DNA of 15,964 nucleotides, from positions 1-15,964 of the forward strand of contig JAYEKO010000036.1 in assembly GCA_034661055.1 (NCBI GenBank), written 5' to 3'. Both the position numbers and the translations under genes were made by a program. Shown here one piece after another: positions 10,366 to 15,964 of this stretch; position 1 is the stretch's first letter; each line of letters starts with the position of its first letter. The notes beneath the pieces were generated by a model, which ran no database searches, had not been told where the DNA came from, and saw nothing but the letters and a program-made list of their open reading frames with translations. Origin of the DNA: Campylobacterota bacterium (GTDB lineage: Bacteria > Campylobacterota > Campylobacteria > Campylobacterales > Sulfurimonadaceae).

Positions 10366-11649
10366 ATGTGGTATAAGTTAAAAAGTGGTTTTAAAGATAC
10401 TGAGAATAGGGTATTGCTCTCTAACTTTTTTTCACTCTCTGTGCTACAGGTTGCAAGTCATCTATTTCCTCTTATTACCTTTCCTTATCTTGTACGTGTA
10501 TTGGGTGTAGAGCTTTTTGGCGTCTTGGCTGTAGCTACGGCAGTAATAGCATATTTCCAAATTCTAACAGATTATGGGTTTGATCTTTCCGCTACCAAAG
10601 AGGTCTCAATATATCGAGATGATAGTGTAAAAATAGTTGAGATTTTTAGCTCTATTATGATTATAAAGTCTATGCTAGTAGTTTTAAGTCTTATTATATT
10701 GACTGTCTTGGTTTTTAGTATTGAGAGGTTTTCACAAAACTGGGAAGTGTATTACTTTACATTTGGAGTGGTTATTGGGCAGGTTCTTTTTCCAATATGG
10801 TTTTTTCAAGGTATGGAGAAGATGAAGTACATTACAATGTTAACCATCACTTCTAAATTTATCTTTACACTCTCCATATTTATTTTTGTACAAGAACAGA
10901 ATGATTTCATCTGGGTACCACTACTAAATGCTACAGGGGCAATTACAGCAGGTCTTATATCTTTGTATATTATTAAAAAAGATTTTAAAGTTAAATTTGT
11001 CTGGCAGTCAGCTAGTACTATTAAGCATTACTTTCAAGGGGGTTGGGATATTTTTGTACAGAGGTTTTATGTTAACCTTTACGGAAGTACCAGTGTTATT
11101 ATTTTGGGACTATTAACTAATAATATGGTCGTGGGATATTACGCTATTGCAGAAAAGATAGTTGGTATTTTTAGTGAGTTTTTCAGTGTTGTCTCTACAG
11201 TATATTATCCCTATTTTGCTAAAAAATTTGTGGCAAATCCAAAAAAATCACTTACAAATTTAAAAAAGGTCTCACTCGTAATGCTTGGCTTAAGTATAAC
11301 AGCCACAATACTACTGCTGTTTCTAGATGATTTTGTAGTCAAAATGGTTTCAGGTGAGCAGTATAATGAACGAATTACACAGACGCTAGAGATTTTAACC
11401 TACGGTATTATCCTTTTCCCGTTTTTTTCTTTGTATACTACTGTTTTAGTCGCCATTGACCAAGCTAGAGCACTTAATATTGTAGCCAGAGACAGTGCAC
11501 TGCTTAGTTTAATACTTGCACCAATTTTAATCATACTTTTTCAAGAGAAGGGGTTGGCTTACCTGATGGTACTTTTATGGTTTATTATCATATTTAGGTA
11601 CGTTAAAGTAATTTTACATGTAAATAGGTCACTTGTGCAGAGTAATTAA
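10366..11649 (+). CDS. wzx: Oligosaccharide flippase (Wzx/RfbX, MOP superfamily)
   Basis: 427 aa, multi-TM; LSNFFSLSVLQ, PLITFPYLVRVLG, DYGFDLSATK, PIWFFQGMEKMKYI, VGYYAIAEK. Confidence 0.92.
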   Translation: MWYKLKSGFKDTENRVLLSNFFSLSVLQVASHLFPLITFPYLVRVLGVELFGVLAVATAVIAYFQILTDYGFDLSATKEVSIYRDDSVKIVEIFSSIMIIKSMLVVLSLIILTVLVFSIERFSQNWEVYYFTFGVVIGQVLFPIWFFQGMEKMKYITMLTITSKFIFTLSIFIFVQEQNDFIWVPLLNATGAITAGLISLYIIKKDFKVKFVWQSASTIKHYFQGGWDIFVQRFYVNLYGSTSVIILGLLTNNMVVGYYAIAEKIVGIFSEFFSVVSTVYYPYFAKKFVANPKKSLTNLKKVSLVMLGLSITATILLLFLDDFVVKMVSGEQYNERITQTLEILTYGIILFPFFSLYTTVLVAIDQARALNIVARDSALLSLILAPILIILFQEKGLAYLMVLLWFIIIFRYVKVILHVNRSLVQSN

Positions 11650-11655
11650 TGTAGT

Positions 11656-12663
11656 TTATTGTCGTTGTTTATGTCTTTGGTCAAACAGTGTAAGAAATAT
11701 GTAGAGAATAATTATAAATTGAATAAGATTAAAAAAGTCATCATTATGGATTGAGCTGTAGCCAATCATAGATAGAACTATCTGGATCAGAGTTAATGTG
11801 ACAACAGTAAAGGTAATGTTCTGTTTCTCAAATAAGATAAGGTGATGCAGATGAATTCGATCTGCTTTAAATGGGGAACCATGTCTCTGCACCCTTCTGT
11901 AAAAGACAATCACTGTATCAAGAATTGGAACTGCTGCAATAAATAAAATGGATGTTGGCGTGATATACTCAAGAGCCTTAATACTCAAAACGGAGATAAG
12001 AAAGCCTAATGTTAAGGAGCCTGAATCTCCCATAAATATTTTAGCAGGGTACCAGTTGAAAAGTAAAAAAGCGAGTAAAGAAGCAATTGACATGCTTGAG
12101 AGTGTAATAATGAGAGGGTCTGAGAAACGTATTCCTATGGCTAGCAATGTTGAGAAAATTACAACTGACACGGAGCCAGCCAGACCATCAACCCCATCGA
12201 CAAGATTGAGTGCATTGGTGTAGCCAATTACCGCAAAATATGTTATTGGAAATATAAAAAACCAGTGAAGTGATACTTTATGAGAGAAGTAATTACCCAG
12301 TGAGTCAATATAGTAACCATTGTAACATAGTAGAAGAATGGCCAAAGTGATACCTAAAAACTTATAACGTGGTGCAATATTTTTAATATCATCAATAATT
12401 CCGACAATAAAAACTATAATAATAGATAAGAGAAGATACCAAAAGCTAATGACAAGCTCATAATGAAAGAGTGTAACAATAATTAAAACAGAGAGTATGA
12501 CACCAATTCCTGCTGAGGTTGGCATAGGAATTCTATGAACACTTCTCTCATTAGGATTATCTATTAGTTGATATTTTTTAGATAGAAGTATGACACCCTT
12601 AATAAGCAATAATGACAGTAAAAATGTAAAAAGAGATTCTAAATATATCATCACTTTAACCAA
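11656..12663 (-). CDS. wecA: Undecaprenyl-phosphate alpha-N-acetylhexosaminyl-1-phosphate transferase (WecA/MraY-like, Glycos_transf_4)
   Basis: DNPNERSVH..P.P.SAG, GIIDD, NALNLVDGVDGLA, FNWYPAKIFMGDSGS, ADRIHLHH. Start may instead be ATG at 12651. Confidence 0.9.
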   Translation of the reverse strand: MVKVMIYLESLFTFLLSLLLIKGVILLSKKYQLIDNPNERSVHRIPMPTSAGIGVILSVLIIVTLFHYELVISFWYLLLSIIIVFIVGIIDDIKNIAPRYKFLGITLAILLLCYNGYYIDSLGNYFSHKVSLHWFFIFPITYFAVIGYTNALNLVDGVDGLAGSVSVVIFSTLLAIGIRFSDPLIITLSSMSIASLLAFLLFNWYPAKIFMGDSGSLTLGFLISVLSIKALEYITPTSILFIAAVPILDTVIVFYRRVQRHGSPFKADRIHLHHLILFEKQNITFTVVTLTLIQIVLSMIGYSSIHNDDFFNLIQFIIILYIFLTLFDQRHKQRQ

Positions 12664-12697
12664 AAATTATTTTTTACAATTAAGTTTAAACAGCCCA

Positions 12698-12706
12698 AGT
12701 ATAGCA
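12698..12706 (-). promoter_or_regulatory. Putative extended -10 promoter upstream of wecA
   Basis: TGCTATACT (TGn-TATACT) on the minus strand in the 59-bp gap between the asnB paralog and wecA. Confidence 0.45.
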
Positions 12707-12722
12707 CATTACAGATAAGACT

Positions 12723-14567
12723 TTAGTGCATATTCTCGTTATGCCAAAGTTGAAACGTTAGAAGCGCCCAGAGCTTATGTTTGTAGATGGTGTGTCCAGC
12801 AAAAAAATTATTTTTTATTTTTTCTACCTCATAAGGATTTAAAATTCCATCTGCTTTAAGTCGGTCTTCGTGTAGTGTATCAAGAAGAAGTGGCTTTAAA
12901 GAGCCGTTAAACCAATGTTCTAGAGGAATGGAAAAACCACTTTTTTTTCGATCTAAGAGGCTTTTTGGTAGGTACTGATATGCAATCTGCTTAGCAATAT
13001 ATTTACCAATAGAGTTCCGCATAGATATTGAAGTTGGGACTGTACCCATGAATTTAATTAGGTCTTCATCTAAGAAAGGGGTAGAAAAATCAATATTCAT
13101 ACTATTTAAAGCGGTATTGGACTTGACAAGTTCACAGTTTAATAAAAAGCCAAGTATATCCGTTCCTTGCCAGATATTAATAGGAGAATAGGTGTTGTCA
13201 AAATGTACGGTATCAAAGGGAGTATTTAAAGATGTAAAGTCCCTCTGCAAGAGTTTAGTGACTTCAAGAGGAGTGTATTTTAAGTTAAGCGTTTTAATGA
13301 TTTTTTGGATGTTATTTGCTTTTAACAGTGATAGAAGTTTATACTGTTTTGTAGGAAGATTATTCATATTTTTGAGTAAGGGTAAAGAGTCCATGGGTAA
13401 AAGTCTTAGTAGTTGGTAGAGTACCTGTCTTAGTGATTTTGGAATGGATAGCGTGTTATTATAAGGGTCTAAATATAGTTCTGTACCAAAGACTTCATCA
13501 CCCCCGTCACCTCCAAATAGCAAAGAGACACCTGCCTCTTTTGCCAACTGTCCAATCATTACACTAGGTGTTGGTGCACTATCTGCCAAAGGTTCATCAT
13601 AGATATGGGGTAGTTTTTGTACAATATTGAGTGCATCTTGTTGAGTAAAATAGTATTCAGTGTGTCTTGTCTCTAGAAACGAAGCAATTTTTTTTGCATC
13701 AATAGCTTCATTGATTTTACTATCATCAAAACCAATTGTGAATGTATCTAGTTTGTGAGAGCTGTTTTTTTGTAAGATGGCTGCTATTAATGAACTGTCA
13801 TATCCTCCACTTAAAAAAGAGCCATATTTTGATTGTTTATGACTTCTTGCCTGTACAGCTTTTTTAAGATATTCGTGAGTTCTATTTACTGCATCTTGTT
13901 CTGTAAGATTATGATTTTTTTGTGTAAAGGTAGATTCAATACGCCAGTATTGATGTTGTTTACAACTTTTATTGGCTAAGTCGTAACAGGCAAATCCACC
14001 AGGATGCACTTTATGAGTATTTTCATAAATGGAGTAAGGTTGAGGTATGTATGAGAATTGAAAATAGAGTGCTAATGCATCAGTATTAAGGTGCTTTTTA
14101 AAATAGGATGTCTTATTGAAATCTTTTAAACTTGTTCCAAATAAAAAAATATTATTATCGGTATAGAAATAAAAAGGTTTGGTTCCTACTTTGTCACGAA
14201 CTAAATATATTTTATTCTCATATTGATCATACAAAGCAAATGAAAAAGAGCCATTAAGTAGTGTAAAACAGTCGGTACCTTTTTGTTTAAATAGTTTCAC
14301 AATAATTGATTCTATGGTTGTGCTGTGCGGTGAGATATGTAAAGTGTCGGCAAGTTCGTTTAGATTATAAATTTCGCCATAGAAAGCTACAGCATATTGC
14401 TTATGGCGATAAATTTTTGCTTTTTTATTATTCTCTTGAAGTTTTAGTGAAATATTACATGTATTTTTGATATGAAGGTAATCACAATAATGATTGTTAT
14501 TGTCATTTTGGTTGCACGATATATTGTCTGTGTACTCATAAAGTATATTCCCGAACAGTCCACCCAT
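12723..14567 (-). CDS. Asparagine synthetase B-like protein with degenerate glutaminase domain
   Basis: 614 aa uninterrupted ORF. Retains GEIYN, RDKVGTKPFY, LSGGYDSS, GDGGDEVF, PFLD, KKSGF. Begins MGGLFG (no Cys) and lacks HRGPD, RLSI.D and SDTEV. Confidence 0.85.
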   Translation of the reverse strand: MGGLFGNILYEYTDNISCNQNDNNNHYCDYLHIKNTCNISLKLQENNKKAKIYRHKQYAVAFYGEIYNLNELADTLHISPHSTTIESIIVKLFKQKGTDCFTLLNGSFSFALYDQYENKIYLVRDKVGTKPFYFYTDNNIFLFGTSLKDFNKTSYFKKHLNTDALALYFQFSYIPQPYSIYENTHKVHPGGFACYDLANKSCKQHQYWRIESTFTQKNHNLTEQDAVNRTHEYLKKAVQARSHKQSKYGSFLSGGYDSSLIAAILQKNSSHKLDTFTIGFDDSKINEAIDAKKIASFLETRHTEYYFTQQDALNIVQKLPHIYDEPLADSAPTPSVMIGQLAKEAGVSLLFGGDGGDEVFGTELYLDPYNNTLSIPKSLRQVLYQLLRLLPMDSLPLLKNMNNLPTKQYKLLSLLKANNIQKIIKTLNLKYTPLEVTKLLQRDFTSLNTPFDTVHFDNTYSPINIWQGTDILGFLLNCELVKSNTALNSMNIDFSTPFLDEDLIKFMGTVPTSISMRNSIGKYIAKQIAYQYLPKSLLDRKKSGFSIPLEHWFNGSLKPLLLDTLHEDRLKADGILNPYEVEKIKNNFFAGHTIYKHKLWALLTFQLWHNENMH

Positions 14568-14647
14568 CTATTGTCTTTCAGTTTTATTTACTACCAATAG
14601 GTTTATTGTATCTAAAAATTAATTTTTTATTATTGAGTATTTTGAAG

Positions 14648-14723
14648 TGGTGCTCGCTACAGGACTTGAACCTGTGACTCTTACCATGTCATGGTAATAC
14701 TCTACCAACTGAGTTAAGCGAGC
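14648..14723 (-). tRNA. tRNA-Val (anticodon GAC)
   Basis: 76-nt cloverleaf: GCTCGCT/AGCGAGC acceptor stem, ACTC/GAGT D-stem, TTACC-ATGACAT-GGTAA anticodon arm, ACAGG-TTCAAGT-CCTGT T-arm, A73, encoded CCA. Confidence 0.97.
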
Positions 14724-14763
14724 AAGTGGTAAATTTTGATTGATTTTTTAAAGAAGTGCTGCT

Positions 14764-14841
14764 GATGAAAGGATATTGATTTCTTTCATATGCCGTCATA
14801 GTTGGTAATACAGAGGTTTTAAACTCTTCAATAAAGTTCCC
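14764..14841. repeat. Imperfect direct repeat, copy 1 (candidate attR remnant)
   Basis: Ungapped manual alignment to 15319-15396 gives 68/78 identity, with a 24-bp identical core GGTAATACAGAGGTTTTAAACTCT. Confidence 0.9.
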
Positions 14842-14916
14842 GCTTCCAAATCAATGATAGGATTATATTTAAATAGAGTTTAAAATATACTGTAAAAGTA
14901 TCACAACTTTCCACTT

Positions 14917-15138
14917 TTAAATAATAGAATTAGCCCAGTTGAGTATTTTTCTTGGATTCCATTTTTCATATTGGTACTGATGCTCTTTAGGCATATACTC
15001 TATCAGTGTTGAATCGTAGTATTTTTGTGATTGTCTTGGATGGTGTGTGCAATTGTCTCGCCATCAAGTGAGATTACTACAGATGTTGACGAGTATGTGA
15101 CATCCACTTCCCTCTAACTCTATATGATAATCTACCCC
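14917..15138 (-). pseudogene. istA: IS21-family transposase IstA fragment (C-terminal region, frameshifted)
   Basis: Joining three frames gives GVDYHIELE/EVDVTYSSTSVVISLDGETIAH/HPRQSQKYYDSTLIEYMPKEHQYQYEKWNPRKILNWANSII*. This matches the IstA pattern D.H(I/V)...YSVP...V.V.........IA.H.R......ST...HMP..H....W....L.WA..IG, with the YSVP segment deleted. Confidence 0.75.
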
Positions 15139-15185
15139 TAATTATCAAGTTCAGCTTGCGCTTCTGGTAGAAACTCAATTTTCAT
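15138..15185 (-). pseudogene. RelE/ParE-family toxin, N-terminal stub
   Basis: MKIEFLPEAQAELDN* is a typical ParE/RelE N-terminus. It is translationally coupled (TAATG) to the antitoxin fragment and truncated exactly where istA homology begins. Confidence 0.7.
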
Positions 15186-15316
15186 TAATTGAAAACTTCC
15201 TCAAAAGGAATAGCTTGTACTTTGTTGTCTCTATAGCTTTGAAGTCTTTTTTCAGCTTCATCAGCCCAAGCATTATCAATATTCTCATCAGGCTTATCTA
15301 GGCTTTGTAATAAGTG
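15185..15316 (-). pseudogene. Addiction-module antitoxin (TIGR02574/Unstab_antitox-like), 5'-truncated
   Basis: HLLQSLDKPDENIDNAWADEAEKRLQSYRDNKVQAIPFEEVFN* fits the LL.SLD......D.AW..E..RR........G....P.EEV pattern. There is an in-frame stop and no start codon upstream. Confidence 0.78.
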
Positions 15317-15420
15317 CGGATGAGAGGATACTGATTTTCTTCAAATACCGTCATAGTAGGTAATACAGAGGTTTTAAACTCTCCGATAAAGTTTCCCATA
15401 AGTTTCTCTTTCACATACAT
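15298..15420 (-). CDS. Possible 40-aa small ORF spanning repeat copy 2 (MYVKEKLMGNFIGEFKTSVLPTMTVFEENQYPLIRTYYKA)
   Basis: Open frame with AAAAGG upstream of an alternative TTG start at 15426; the same frame is open through repeat copy 1. No family recognised and it may be non-coding. Confidence 0.2.
   Translation of the reverse strand: MYVKEKLMGNFIGEFKTSVLPTMTVFEENQYPLIRTYYKA
15319..15396. repeat. Imperfect direct repeat, copy 2 (candidate attR remnant)
   Basis: 68/78 identical to 14764-14841; offset 555 bp. Confidence 0.9.
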
Positions 15421-15495
15421 CGACAAAATGATACCTTTTTAATACTGATTATTATATAAAATTATTACGATTAAATGATACAATAGGACTATAAA

Positions 15496-15524
15496 TTGCT
15501 TTACCAATTAAAATGTGGTAAAAT
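15496..15524 (+). promoter_or_regulatory. Sigma70 promoter for the Panacea-domain gene
   Basis: TTGCTT (15496-15501), 17-bp spacer, TG-G-TAAAAT extended -10 (15516-15524); GAGGAG RBS at 15542-15547. Confidence 0.7.
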
Positions 15525-15553
15525 TCCACACAAATTTTAAAGAGGAGTATGTT

Positions 15554-15964
15554 ATGGATGCTAATATTATTTTAGAATCATTTTACTATTTAGCTAAAAA
15601 GTTAGAATCACCTATTGATAAATTAGCAGCCGTTAAACTACTTTTTTTTGCTGATAGGTATCATTTAAGAAAATATGGTCGTCTTATATCTGATGACACA
15701 TATTATGCTTTGCCTCACGGTCCAGTAGCTTCTAATTCACTTGATATTATTAATCTTGTGCTTACGGATAGTAATACTGGTACTGAAAAACAATATATTA
15801 AAAAAAATATTGCTACTGCCTTTTCTGCTGTAGAAAATGATTATGAATTAGAATATCTATCTGATACTGATGTTGAAGCCCTAGATTTTGTAGTTACTGA
15901 ATTTGGTAGTATGAAAACTTGGGACTTACGAGATTTAACACATGAATATCCAGAGTGGAAAAGA
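15554..15964 (+). CDS. Panacea-domain (DUF4065, SocA/GepA-like) antitoxin, 3'-truncated by window end
   Basis: Absent from the ORF track because it has no stop in the window. 137 codons: MDANIILESFYYLAKKLESPIDKLAAVKLLFFADRYHLRKYGRLISDDTYYALPHGPVASNSLDII...LSDTDVEALDFVVTEFGSMKTWDLRDLTHEYPEWKR, with the KLL(Y/F)FAD, GPV and L...TH..PEW signatures. GAGGAG lies 6 nt upstream of the ATG. Confidence 0.9.
   Translation, partial: MDANIILESFYYLAKKLESPIDKLAAVKLLFFADRYHLRKYGRLISDDTYYALPHGPVASNSLDIINLVLTDSNTGTEKQYIKKNIATAFSAVENDYELEYLSDTDVEALDFVVTEFGSMKTWDLRDLTHEYPEWKR

Noticed and set aside
3288..13419. Short alternative-frame and antisense ORFs in the track (for example 3783-4142, 5282-5581, 7048-7347, 9519-9914, 11948-12223, 13192-13419)
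   Set aside because: All lie wholly inside well-supported genes, show no recognisable motifs, and are the expected shadow ORFs.
14562..14564. Cys-to-Gly change in the asnB paralog as a single-base sequencing error
   Set aside because: Several other glutaminase motifs are also lost, so the degeneration covers the whole domain.
14764..14841. The repeat as a duplicated functional small protein gene (GNFIEEFKTSVLPTMTAYERNQYPFI)
   Set aside because: Copy 1 has an in-frame stop shortly upstream and no start before the repeat. Only 4 of 10 substitutions are synonymous and no family was recognised. Kept only as a low-confidence alternative to the att interpretation.
14764..15396. The repeat pair as a CRISPR array
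   Set aside because: Only two copies, 78 bp long and 555 bp apart, with gene fragments between them and no cas genes.
15549..15575. Short out-of-frame ORF MLWMLILF* overlapping the Panacea gene start
   Set aside because: Its ATG is only 1 nt from the GAGGAG RBS, whereas the ATG at 15554 is optimally spaced and opens the long frame.
8099..15807. 8-nt A/T homopolymers (8099-8106, 12941-12948, 13688-13695, 15642-15649, 15800-15807) as phase-variation tracts
   Set aside because: Expected in AT-rich DNA and all frames are intact; I saw no long poly-G/C tracts of the Campylobacter contingency type.

Overview
AT-rich window, probably from a Campylobacterota (Sulfurimonas/Sulfurovum-like) genome; the taxon is inferred from gene content and extended -10 promoters. 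Bases 1-14567 are a Wzx/Wzy-dependent surface polysaccharide cluster. It encodes an intact AsnB-type amidotransferase, two GT4 glycosyltransferases, a Wzy-like polymerase, TviC/WbpP and TviB/WbpO (UDP-GalNAcA route), a CapI-type UDP-GlcA 4-epimerase, a CapK/PaaK-like adenylating enzyme, a Wzx flippase on the opposite strand, a WecA-type initiating transferase, and a second AsnB paralog that has lost the glutaminase catalytic Cys and motifs. Next is tRNA-Val(GAC) at 14648-14723 (-). The right end, not covered by the ORF track, is mobile-element debris: two imperfect 78-bp direct repeats 555 bp apart, each ending in a sequence like a tRNA-Leu 3' end (probable tandem attR sites). They enclose fragments of IS21 istA and an addiction-module antitoxin/ParE-RelE toxin pair. 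A Panacea (DUF4065/SocA-like) antitoxin gene with a strong promoter runs off the window end.
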